A stretch of 59,516 nucleotides of DNA, filler included, from Sphacelaria rigidula (taxonomy: Eukaryota): the NCBI GenBank assembly GCA_964200075.2. It is 7 parts of 7 records of this genome, joined end to end, with 100 filler letters (N's around TTAATTAATTAA, not from the genome) between each part and the next. Parts side by side here need not be neighbours in the genome. Positions count along the whole stretch, not along the records: positions 34,069 to 42,485 come from CAXNAA020011215.1; positions 42,586 to 51,001 come from CAXNAA020011216.1; 5 more parts are not named here. One strand, written 5' to 3'. The translations under genes were made by a program, and so were the position numbers. Positions 37,689 through 49,418 of this stretch are shown piece after piece. Position 1 is the first letter of the stretch; every line of letters begins with the position of its first letter. The notes beneath the pieces are model-generated. The model was given only the letters and a program-made list of their open reading frames with translations. It was not told the DNA's origin and did not search any database.

Positions 37689-39351
37689 TCCCCTATCATT
37701 GGCCAGCCCGTAAGTCACTGACTACTGAGTGAAGATGGATGTATTTTATTGAAATGTGCGGCGGATACCAGTATGTTGAGATCCTCAACGTCATGCGCGG
37801 TGGTATTCGGTACAGCCTAAGAAACTCGCCAATCGCGAAGAAATTACACAACGATTGGTTGAGGGAGCCACCACCATAATATATTACTTAGTACGTAATT
37901 CATCTACACTGGACACACAGTATCGAATTTCGAGTTGCGGCACGTTTCTTCATGCTGCTCTCCCACCTCCTGTGCACCTCCGCGCGGCAACATACTAGAA
38001 CGGACCGCGTCGCAAATCGTTGAGCCATACACGTACTGAAGTGCTGAAGTCTATCACGCGCTTCCGTCAGTGCGTCCGAATGCGTCATGACGTCGACTTG
38101 ACTCTCCCTCCCTTCAACCATTCGCACATCAATTACCGAATGACCACTTGTGGATTCAGATCTGCGCCGTAACCCTCGCAAACATCCGCCTCGCCGCAGC
38201 TGGATCCTGTGCTGAAGAACCCATCGAACGCCCCCATGATACCAACGTGCGTCAATCCTGCCACGATCTCACACCGACAAGCTGCTGGAGCCCTCCCGCG
38301 CGTGCGCTTTCTTCCAGTCAAGGATTACCGAAGAAAGGGTTATTCAGTCACGGGTTACCCGGTCAAGGTTTCAACACTGAAGGTTTACTCACTAAAGGTT
38401 TACTCCCTGAAGGGTTATTCGCGGAAGGGTTTGGAATAGAGACGTGGGATGGCGGCGAGTCGGGGGATAGCAGGAGCGCACCGGGCTCAACGGGTGAAGA
38501 TGCAGGATCCGAGTCTGGGTACGGCTGGTCATCGGAGTCGTCCTGTGATTCCGAGGGGGGCGGGGTCGGGGACGAGGTGGTCCGACATTTGGCACGGGTT
38601 ACACTCGCGTGATGGAGTGGGAGCGACGCTGAAGTGAGATGCTGCGTAAACATGAGGTGCTGTCATGAGGATCATGTGCTGCGCAGAGGTATAATTTATT
38701 TGCTGTATTTGTGTCTTGATGTCGGTTTCGGATTTGTAGCAATTATGTATCCAACTCAATTACTCCCCAAATGTTGGCTCGGTGTCAGCAGACGATTTTC
38801 CGTAGATGTAGGTCGGGATTATCTACGCATCGGTAGCGCTCAAGCCTGAAAAATAAGGAGTATCTGTCATGGCTCGATACTCTAGCTGGGAATGGTGCCA
38901 GTTCAGTGGGCACCAGGCTAGCGGGCTCATACACAATCATTAGTATCGAAGCCATTGAGCTCGATTTACCATGTGGGGAGTCAACCCACACACCAATGAC
39001 CAGGCGTCATGCCCACGGTTCGCGCCGGAGGCAAGACCTATATGTTGCGTGCAATGCGGGCTTACATTTGTGAAGACCAAAGACTCCTCTGAGATAGCCG
39101 TCCGTGATGGTGTTGATGCTTCTTGTATTATTGGCAACCGGCTGGTAGCTGCTATTCGCGCGTTGAGATAAGTTCCCAAAAGACTGTGCCCGAGTAGGGG
39201 GGCACTGTCGAAATCAATCAGACTCAGAATGACCCATGACCTGTCGGGCTAGACAACGCAAGAGTACGACACATGGAATCTACTCGACTGGACCGTAACC
39301 GATAAATCCGGAACATCCCCCCAGCCTTTTAAGAAGGCTAAGCGAAAGAAA

Positions 39352-39956
39352 TGTGGAAAACGAAGCCTGTGCATCAACACCTGAAATAAGGAAACGAGAA
39401 AATTCTGCCACTAATGTTGAAGGGGAAAACTCGGTATCTAATAGATAGGTAAATCCCGTTAGACGGGGAAAACCCTATCCGTTAGGAAAGGAAAAAAATC
39501 TCTAGCGCCCTTTCCAATCGAGAGAAACCGCATATAAGGGCGATCGCTGTCGTTTTCCCGGGATCTCTGTTAGACTGGAGAACGATTAGCTAATTAGCTT
39601 CATGGCGCGTCGACACCCGAGATCAGTTACACTGAATTCCAGGGTAGTGCGGGGCTTTAACCACATCCAACTTACGTTGGATTTGCTAAAAACAACTTTT
39701 CCACGAACTCATCAGTAGATACAGGAGTGCAGCTTTTGGGAAGTGCTTCCCTGTAACTACTGATGTTTATGCAACGAAGAATAGAGCCCATGCGCCTTGG
39801 CTCATAAATGTATTTGCATGTTACAATATGGGAACCAGACAAGGCCAAGGAACGACAAAAAAAGAAGAAGAAACAAAAACAGGCACACTCGCATTTCACA
39901 CTGAAGAGTACGGTACCAACAATCCTTCTTGCTTATTTTACAACCCCCTTTCCTGT
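39352..39956 (-). mobile_element. Putative polypurine tract and 3' LTR of the Gypsy element
   Basis: On the minus strand AGGAAAGGGGG (PPT, about 39954-39944) is followed after one base by TGTAAAAT at 39942. A candidate distal end ..TTTTCCACA lies at 39352, close to where an unrelated repeat starts. No second LTR is available, so the distal boundary is uncertain. Confidence 0.5.
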
Positions 39957-40056
39957 GAAATGATATCCTGTACCATTTCATATACCGACTAGTCCTACAC
40001 ATTCCCACTCCAGTTCAAAGTAGGGGTCCTTTTTCCCGCGTTAAGCGGTATAGTTC

Positions 40057-42485
40057 CTAGCGGGATAGCTCCTCCCAGTCTCCGTCTTCGTATCGTACTC
40101 GCCAAAAGCGACACCCGTAGTCATACACCTGACCCTTGACCTTGAGACCTCGAAAGTCTTTCCAGAAAGTAACACCTATTGGGAAACGCTTCAAGGCGTC
40201 ACTACGCGACAGGGGAGCGGGGTGCTTCTTGGAGTGCGGGGGCGGATTGGGTGCAACTGCGGGGTTGTATAGGTGCCAAAGTGCGTGGAAAGCGTCTAGT
40301 TCCAAAGAGGAAAAGCTGTTTCGGAGCTGACTCTCTGGCAGCCAGGCTGACACCTTCCCTTCCAACGACCTGGCCTTGTATTCTCATTATTTCGTGCCGG
40401 TCATGGAGTAGATCTCTCGGCGGTCCACCAAAGTGACGAACTCGTGAGTTTGGGGAGGAGCGGTGTTGGATTTGCGATCTGAACCCCATACGTATTGAGC
40501 GAACTCGTCGGCTATCGAGTGCCTGAGATGCGGTGGGCGAACATGGAAGGGTTTCACGTCGGAGACTGCTACTCTACGTGTACGACGTTTGCGCCCCTGC
40601 ATGACTACCTCTACACTGAGGCCGGTCATCAGCACTTCCTTCACTCTCCAGGGCCCCGTGTACCTGTCGTGTTGCAGTTTCCTACCCTTACCGTCCCGAT
40701 GTATCGTGCTGTGTGATTCGCGTACCATGACCAGACCACCTTCTCTCGCCGCCACTCCGGCAGAAGGTCTCAAGATTGAGGCGTTCATCTTCGCACAAGT
40801 CGATTCTTTCGCGGCGTGTCTTGTGTCAACAGCTAGACGTACCTCCTTGAGGTTTTGTCTACGTTGCTCCACGAAGGCATCCAGACCGTTACTTGATTCC
40901 TTCTGGTTCAGGGGAATGAGCGAATCTAGAGACGTGCGGGGTTCACGACCGAACAAAAGCTCAAACGGATACATGTCTGAGGGTAGGGAAACGTCTGGCA
41001 AGGTACGCTTGATCCAGAGCGCTGGGGAGACGTACTCGTCCCATCTCTGCGGCCACGACCTACACAGCTCTGCCAGCATGTCTAGTAGCCATCCCCCCAG
41101 CCTCTCGACTTCTCCTTGGCCTCTGGGGTGATCAGAGGGCCCAAAAGCAATGTCTGCTTTCAGCCACCTGCACAGGTGTGTCACCACCTCCGCTCTAAAT
41201 TCCTTTCCTCCATCACTGCGGATTTTGCGGGGGACGCCGAATGTCAAGTAGAGTTCAGCAAGGATGCGAGCTACACTTTCAGCCTGCTTTGTTTGAAGTG
41301 GGAAGCCGAAGGGAAACTTGGAGGCTCGGTCTACGATCAAAAGAATGTACTTGTTGTTCGTAAGCAATGCAGTGTCTATGCTCAGCAGGTCCATCTCAAA
41401 CTCTTTCCATGGTTATACGGCTCGTCCCGGTGTCATTGCGATCTTACAGCTATTGGACCTCTTCCTTCTTCTACAGCTGCAAGATAACACGTACAGTCTG
41501 GTATCCTTTACAATTGACGGCCAGAAAAAGCAATCTCGCATCAAAGACAGCGTGGTTCCTACTCCGATATGGCCATGTAGGGAGTGTACCAACGCCAAGA
41601 TGTCAGGTACCATGACCGAGGGGATGGCTAGCAACGGTTTTTAGTGTCCTTCGTTAGCCACGCCACACTTTGATCGTCTAGACTGTATTGGTGTGCAACG
41701 TCGTCACTCACCCTAATCTTGACATCATTTTCCGTACTGGGTTCCTCTGGTACCTCGTTGGCACTCGCCACAATCTCGCAGTCTGCATCCCTCGTATTGG
41801 GCACCTCCTTTCCCCCCTGTACCTCGTCTGTACTCACCGTACTCTCGCAGTCTGCATCGCTCGTATTGGGTGCCCTGCACCTCGTCTGCACTCATCGTAC
41901 TCTTGCCATCCTTGCCATCTTCGCCATTCGTACAGTGTTCCTTCTCTGCCTTTAGTATCGATCTCACCTGCCCCAGGAACGGGTCCTCCTCCTGTGCGCG
42001 TTTCAGCGCGGATGCGTTTGTCAACATCTGGATCGCCCTCTTGAATGGCGACGTGTCTACTGCAGTTTTCACCGTAGACGAGGGTTTGTCTTCCCCGGCG
42101 ATGAGCACCTCTTCTACTTCCGGCCTTTCACTGACCGGGGCAGGGGTGATGGGAGTAGGCTCCCTCGTTGGGGCTTCGATAGGTGTGATACCTACCGACG
42201 GCTGAAGGTTCATCTGAACATCTGTGGGCACGGCATGTATGCGAGCAGCGCCTGGGAACTGCAAGCGTACGTACGGACGGCGAATTTTGGGGGAACGACG
42301 GGGTGATTCGTCCTCTATCGACGCGTAGTCAGCGAACGGGAGCGATCGCGAGGTGCTTACGTATCTCGTCTCATCTATAACCTTCCTTCTCCCGTGAAAT
42401 CAAAAGGTGACAATTCCGTCAACCATTTTCCGTCTAATTGTGGACCGCAAGACCTCGCGGTTTCCGAGGGTGTGCTGGCGGTAAA
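40057..42485 (-). pseudogene. Decayed Ty3/Gypsy pol 3' half: linker, integrase (HHCC, DDE, GPY/F), chromodomain-like and Tudor-like C-terminal modules
   Basis: AQEEDPFLGQVR; zinc-binding region VHSLHGH..FFWP..LSCSC (41413-41634); rve core MDLL..LLIVDRASKF..IRSDGGKEF..GQGEVERL and YTGPWRV (40387-41394); terminal WRVRYEDGDWEEL (40057-40365). In-frame stops at 41413-41415 and 40384-40389; frameshifts near 41640 and 41870. Truncated by the contig end. Confidence 0.93.
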
Positions 42486-42585
42486 NNNNNNNNNNNNNNN
42501 NNNNNNNNNNNNNNNNNNNNNNNNNNNNNTTAATTAATTAANNNNNNNNNNNNNNNNNNNNNNNNNNNNNNNNNNNNNNNNNNNN
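42486..42585. other. Artificial contig spacer
   Basis: Same 44N-TTAATTAATTAA-44N block. Confidence 0.98.
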
Positions 42586-44224
42586 AACCGACCGAGGCAA
42601 AAAAAAAAGAAGACCCCCCCCCCCCCCCCCCCCCCCCCTAGAACATAAGGTTTTTTTCGGTACCATACCGCTACCTAAAGTGCAGTACAGTGGGGGGGGG
42701 GGGGCACAGCGCGGTCGAATTTACTCAACACGAGTCCGATCTGCTATACTGTTATCAATTCATTATATTACATGGTACTAACTATACTAAAATAGTGAAG
42801 AATTCCAACATGGTGCATTCCTCCAAAGTGTGGGGCTCAACCACAGTGCAGGCAAAAAGCACTCGACACAAGTTCGACCCTTTATACTAATATCAAGTAA
42901 TATGTATTTCTACCAGTATAGTGCGGTCACACCCAACTGGCGACCCAACGCAATATGCCGGGAATCTCAACGTACATCGTGTAGCACCCCCAAATAATAC
43001 CCGTGGATGTCAACACTACGCCCCCGTGATATTGTATATACCTTGACATCGTAATCGGCTTCCGTGTCGAAATCAATCGGCCATTTCGCTCCGTCCATTG
43101 CGTTTGCAGGGAACAGCTGCAAATACCCGTACGGTGCATGGTCAGCGATGAGGGAAATAAGGACGGGACGTGGAATGCGGGATATGGGAGGGGGAGGGGC
43201 GTACTCATTTGTTGCCTTCATCATTTGGTCATTGACTACGCATCCCTTTCAAAGACGGAGCACCGTCTCGAAAGGGATGCACGGTCAATGGATGTGGGAC
43301 GGGGGGGAAGCGATTTCTTGCATAGAACGGTCAAGGTTTGCCCCGTGGCCCAGAGAACTTCAGTACATGGACCATGGTGTACCTCGTACTCTCTGGTCTT
43401 GCTTGACGGGTGGAGTATGACATGATATCGGTGCACACACTAGTAGATGTGGCCGAAAGCATGAAAACTTCCGAGCAGCTTCTTGTGAGCAGACATTGCG
43501 ATTTTGTTTGATGACCACAATCTGATCTTTGGATAACGACTGACAAAGCGCAATCTAATTCAAGGCGGGAGGGAGGAGGGGGGGGGGAGAGTGAATTGGG
43601 TCCAGAAGAACGAGTGACACAGACATGGGTGTAAACGGAGGAGACGAGAAAAAATATGCATATTTTGTGGCTTAATTGAAAAAGGGATCCGCGTTTTGGT
43701 TCTGAAACTGACGCTGCGAAATTCCGGGAGAGAGTGCAAAATACCATTTCTTGGTGTCTGTCCACCCCTATTCCGGATGTGATTGATTTATGTTCTGTGT
43801 TCATGTCTATATGTACGTTTGTACGTATACGTGCATATCATATTTGAATGGGAATTGATCACCATCATAAGACTGCGGTAAAAGCAATATTTCGAGCAAT
43901 ATTTTGTTCTTTGTTACTCGGACTTCGCTTGGAAATCCTGCAGCGATGAAAATATGGAGGACAATATCTCAGAACGACCGAAATGGACCGAATACGCTCA
44001 TCTGTGGGGGCCTGGGTTGGTATATAATCAATTTGTTCTCGCGCATTAACTGATCTCCTTCGAATTTGAGCCGCGATCGCAATGTACAGGCTGGGCGGCC
44101 CAAGACGCAAATAGGCATATTGACACGCGATTATGCTGCTTAATTTGATGTCGTATTCAACAATTTTTTGACACGATCTACAGGATTTATGTGCGAAGGC
44201 TGCATGTTCCACGATCATTCAAGA

Positions 44225-44790
44225 AAAAAATTCCGTGAGTTATTTTCGATTTAGTTCCGAAAAAACTGTTCTAAAATGTTCCGTCGCCAATAACTCACGA
44301 CAAAAAAAAAACAGGGGAGGAAAAACGGGGTCTTCGCACGTACGTCCCGTACATCGTGTCAATTTTCATAGTAAACGACTCAAAATTGAGCAGCATAATC
44401 GCGTTTTCGTATCGAAAACCGGTTCCTATAGGGAGATGGACCAGCCACGACGCGAACAGGAAACGATGAACCGCCGTTACGCTGTCCAATTTCAAGTTTT
44501 TTGCCATGATTTTTTTCAAATTTGACACAGTGCGCATGAGGTATGTTCGAAGACCGTCCCCCCCCCCCCTCCCTGACTTTTTTTGTTTTTCAATGAGTTG
44601 TCGATGATTTTGTACTGGAAAAATGTTCCGAAATATTGATCACCGATAACCCACGAGAGGAACAACAAGCGAAGGGATAACAGTAGGGGCTTTACACATA
44701 CCTCATGTACATCGTGTCGAAATTTCATGGTGAAAGACTCAGACGTGAGCAGCGCAACCGCGTTTTTCTGTCGAAAACCGGTTGACTTGC
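44225..44790. repeat. Degenerate foldback/direct repeat cluster
   Basis: 44240-44425 is repeated directly at 44600-44785 and in inverted form at about 44480-44605. Confidence 0.55.
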
Positions 44791-44861
44791 TTTTGGAGTA
44801 CAACAACCTGAGCAGCCGAAACGTTGACGTTTTCCACAAGCTTTCTTCGCCCACTGCTCAC

Positions 44862-44947
44862 CGGTCCACACACTACTACCAGACACCTTGGCGCGCTGGG
44901 AGCCTCGTCTGCGTCCCATCTCAGACACTGCGCGCCTACAGTACGAC
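44862..44947 (-). CDS. Possible coding exon (RTVGAQCLRWDADEAPSAPRCLVVVCGP)
   Basis: tgcag acceptor and CCG|gtgagc donor around a GC-rich open frame. VVCGP resembles NAD-binding FNR-family motifs, but the match is weak. Confidence 0.25.
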
Positions 44948-45663
44948 CTGCATTGTTGTACAACCACAACTTGTGCGGCACCACCAAAATTGCGGCCGCG
45001 GCACAACCGACCCCGAAAAATTGATTTCAGCCGGATTTGTTTTCCCCTAATACCGCCGCAAATGTCACCCTTCACCCGCTACCCTTCGCAGCTGACTACA
45101 GTTTGGTATATCGCTTGATGGGAAGCTGTCGGCTCGCAGTGCTACGTGGATTGTGCAGATTACTACGATATGCCATGGTAGGCACAACTCGGGATGCATC
45201 ATCAGTTAGAACGGACTGAACGAAAGTGGGCTACTTGGGCGGCCCAGCCTGTACAAGTGCCCAGCGCCACCGAGCCCTGGTGGTCCAAAGTAAATTGGTA
45301 CAACTGGCACGGTTAGGGCGGGAGAATGTTTCTTCAATTAGATATCCGAACTCCTCGATGGTGGAAAACAAAACGGAATGAATGAACGTCTGTGCGCATG
45401 GCCAAGCTCAGCTATACGCGTTGGTTCCCCAAAAAGCCAGTCTCGTAAACAATCCGGGATCACAGGAGGCCAGGACAAAAAAAGAATAATAATACCTTGC
45501 CTCTCACAGATACGATACACCTCCGCTGCTCATGCAGTACGTTGACTTCACACATCAACAGACCGTGCGAAAAACAACTTGTGGATACATACAGTGAAAC
45601 CATATTTTCTCTTTGTCGCGCATTTTACGATGCCATGAAAGCAGTCAGATATGGCGATCGTCA

Positions 45664-45728
45664 TTCGTTCCGTTCCGTTCCGTTCCGTTCCGTTCCGTTT
45701 CGTTCCGGGCAAGTGTGTGTGTGTGTGT

Positions 45729-45760
<32 letters not shown>
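45664..45760. repeat. (TTCCG)n plus (TG)n microsatellites
   Basis: Seen directly. Confidence 0.95.
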
Positions 45761-46889
45761 TTGTGTTTTGGAAGATTCCCAATTCATGACTCTGCAACTG
45801 GATTATGATTTATCATCTTACTTTCGTGACTGATCCGGTACAAAACCATCAGCGGTGGGAAAACAATACAATGATGGATACATTTTTTGTTTTGCTTTGT
45901 CCTAGCATTAACATAACGGTATCACTCCTTCTCGTCGGGGATGAGTCCGCATTCCCACGGGATCAATCGACCCATGGTGTCCAACGGTACATGTACATGT
46001 GCCCAACATTTTGTGGTCAACGATCGGACCAATCAGCACTTATTTTCACCAATACTGGCCTCGACATGCTTTCAATGGAAGGGAAAGACAAAAAGGGAAA
46101 TAAAGTGCTGATCAGGAAAAAACGTCGCTGTCGAGATTTCGAACCCGTACCCTTCCCTGCCGTAGCTGAAATATTGCTCCACCGTTTTTATCAAGAACAT
46201 CGGTGCGCGGCGATGCGAAAGTACCCAAGGCACTCATTATTACTAGGCAAACGAAAAAGCACCGTTTGCTGAAGGAGCCTCGAGATAAAAAAGGGGCAAA
46301 AGAGAAAAAACGAGATAGAGACAGAGAGAAGTGACAAAAAAACGACACGGGCAAAGAACGATCCTGAGAAAATCCCGACAGGCCTCCCACCTCGGCTCCA
46401 TGCAAGATATCGTATGAAAAAGCAAGGCGTAGAGAGCAGATTGTGAGCCAGCTACCTCGAAGAAGGTATGGATACGGGAGAACCTCTTGACTGCGAGGTC
46501 TGAGAGCAGGAGAGCGATACAAAACACTTTTGTAGATGGCAACACGAAACATATACGGGGAATATAACACGGGGAAAAAAGGAAAAGAGAAAGGAAAAAG
46601 AAAACGCAGGAAGAGGAAAATAATAGTATAATAATAATAAGAAGAAGAAGAACGAAGTGTAAGAAAAAGATATGAAGAAGAAAATAAAATAAACCAAGAA
46701 AACGAAACGAAACGAAGAACATGAACAAGAAATGTAACAGAAAAGAGGGAAAAAAAATAAAAATGCTAAAAAGAAATAAGCAGCAGAAGCAAAATAGTTC
46801 GACAGGAGATCGAATACTGTGTGATGATCAAACGAAAGAAGGAAAAAAAACAAAAGAACAGAACAAACAAGAGGCAAGTGTAGTATTAC

Positions 46890-47019
46890 CTGGATCATGG
46901 TCGGCAAGCGAACTTTGTCCATGGCGACTGTAGCTCCGAGCACCGAGCTCTTGCCTGCTTCTGGGGTGGCCGTTATCAACAAGCTAGCACCGGTCGTTTG
47001 ATCTTCGCTATCCATAAAC
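46890..47019 (-). CDS. Probable isolated coding exon of an unknown gene
   Basis: Strong acceptor (T-run..gctgtgcacag) and donor (CAG|gtaata); open frame FMDSEDQTTGASLLITATPEAGKSSVLGATVAMDKVRLPTMIQ. Confidence 0.45.
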
Positions 47020-47513
47020 CTGTGCACAGCAAAAAAAAAACCCGCAAACGATCGAGTGAAAAAACGCTCGTGCTCGGAGATATTTCAATCTTTTTGTTTG
47101 TGGCACTTATCATCCAGCATCTCCGACATTCCCACCACTCGTGGGCACAGACAGGAAATATCGGAGATGCGGGATGACTATCAACAATATCTGTTTAGGA
47201 GCACAACATAACCCTCAGACTGCGAACCCCCCTCAGATGGACTCAGATGGACGATGCCACATGTGGGATTCAGAACAGCTATTTTTCATTACACAGAACG
47301 CCGTTTTTCATGAACATGTAGATGTTGGCATCTACGTCGCAAAGAGTTCCAGAGAGCCCTTGATCGGTTTTTACCCTGCAGTCAAGTGCGTGCAGCGTCA
47401 TTGTGTACGTTGTATGCCTTCGCTGGAAAAACATCGGCAAGGAACAGTCAGCCTGCCTGCCATCGCTGTCCACTGAACATGGTTTACTTCACGCTGCTGA
47501 TGTCTTTTACTTA

Positions 47514-47812
47514 AACAACATTATCGTGAGATTGAGAGTAGAGCGCTGATTGAGAATGGATTTGATCATTCGCTCTAACTCAACGATTTTTCATCTCGTG
47601 TGTGCTTTCCTTGGCCTCCATGACTGGCGGGTGCTTCCAGCTACATGTCGATATCCTACTCAGGGATATCAAGGGCGTCAGTGCTAAGCTACCACAGAAA
47701 GCATATTGGGCCTCGTGAGGGGGCATTTCGGAACTGAAATGAAGCATTCACTAATTGGCCGCTTTTCACTCTCAATCGCATCCTCTACTCTCGATCTCAC
47801 GAAAACATTGTT
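47514..47812. mobile_element. MITE, same family as 287-572
   Basis: TIR AACAACATTATCGTGAGATTGAGAGTAGAG / CTCTACTCTCGATCTCACGAAAACATTGTT; interior colinear with 287-572. Confidence 0.78.
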
Positions 47813-48449
47813 CTTGGTGTTCTGCAACAATGGTACAGTATGAAGCTACCGTATGCTGGCAACACAAGAGGGGTCAGGCAGGCGGCGTAGACCACGAGCA
47901 AAATACAAAACAAGTTATTTGTGCCCACGCTGTCCATGGTTAAAAGCTCATGACCAAAATGGGAAATATGGTTAGACTGCCAGGTAGTCCATCTGGGATG
48001 TGGCATATTAACTTTTCTGACCAATCACAGCTCTTATAACCGTCACTTAGCCCTTCCTGGGCCTCGTTCCTGGCTGGGAATTTTCCGTGAAAAACTTTCA
48101 GATACACGAGGTTGACTTCGTGAATTTTTCACCTGATGTGCGAACAGAGCCCCACCCCCCTGTCGACCCCCCCACCCGGCGCCCCCTGGAAACCCCGGGA
48201 TGTCCCCGGACTGTAAGCCGGTCAAGCTGGTCCGAAGGGACGCTCGCAGTCTAAGGATTGACAGAGGTTGGATATCCTTTTATTTTTTATTTCGCCTCTA
48301 GTTCTTATTCAGTTTATTCCGTTTGGTGTATATTTTTACTTTGTCTTCTCCATTTCTGGACTTTCCTTTCAGCGAATATTTCCGTTCATACGTTCATCCC
48401 ATCTCGAGACCACAGTTGGATACCTCGGGGATCAGTTCATCCGCGACAA

Positions 48450-48702
48450 TCATTCAATCAAATCAAACCGAACCAAACCAAACAAACCAAATCATACCAG
48501 ATCATACCGGATAGAACCAGATCATAACAGATAGAACCAGATCAAACCAAATGGAATGAAATGAAACCAAACCAAACCAAACCAAACCATATCACATCAC
48601 ATCACATCACATCACATCACATCACATCACATCATATCATATCACATCATATCATATGACATGAAATGAACCGAACCGAAATCAAATCAAATCAAATCAA
48701 TC
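48450..48702 (+). repeat. Compound pentanucleotide microsatellite ((AACCA)n, (ATCAC)n, (AAATC)n), probably an expanded retroelement tail
   Basis: Directly follows GAGACCACAGTTGGATACCTCGGGGATCAGTTCATCCGCGACAATC, the shared non-LTR 3' motif. Confidence 0.85.
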
Positions 48703-49189
48703 TACATCTTCCAATTCGCGTCTCGAGACACCTCGGAAGAGCACAGCGCACAAGCTGGTACTACTGTATTTGTTTAATCCCAAGGGAACCACGTTACGTT
48801 CATGGAGGCATTTCTGCGTACACCTCACGTACTCCTCATCTTACTTTTCATTCTTCTTCCCTATCGTTTGTTCTGAGAGGAAGGTTTTTGGGGCTCGACC
48901 TTCAATTTCGTGCGTTAAATACCCGAGTTTGGAATCCCCCGTGTACGATGCTTCAAAAAAACCAAACGGGCCCACTCGTACTCAGCCGGAAAGCGACCCG
49001 CCACAGCCTTTCTGGGAGTTGTTGCTCGTAGAACCTCAGCAAAACACCATTTTCTCAAGGGAAAATACGGCGTTTCTCGTGTGTCGAGCGAATGTTTTGC
49101 TCAGGATGGTATGTGTGCTGTTCTTTGTTGGTGTTGGGGAAAGAAAAACAAGTAAACATTTGTTTCGTGAGTGACGCCGCGACAGCCCC

Positions 49190-49418
49190 CTCCTGCACCC
49201 AAAAATTTGACTCAACGGTTTTCGAGGAAAAGGGAGTGCTGAACCCCTCCCGCGATAAAAAATTGAAGGCAAGCACCGCAAAAGGAAGGTGGGGTTCTAA
49301 AAGCAAACAAGAACGAAAAACCTCCTGTGTTGACCTTACTCCCGTGTGACCCCGGCTGGTGCGCCCACATATACCGAAAGGTCTTCACCGGCGTCCAGAA
49401 TAGATGAGACGACAGCAC
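49190..49418 (+). mobile_element. Copy of the same SINE family
   Basis: Aligns by eye to 2940-3022 plus 3491-3680. Confidence 0.75.

Noticed and set aside
40384-40389. Programmed stop-codon readthrough in the integrase tail
   Set aside because: The copy has another nonsense codon and frameshifts, so ordinary decay is the simpler explanation.
46243-46889. Hydrophobic F/L-rich ORFs resembling membrane proteins
   Set aside because: Translations of low-complexity purine/pyrimidine tracts. The same applies to 19853-20318 and 22292-22651.
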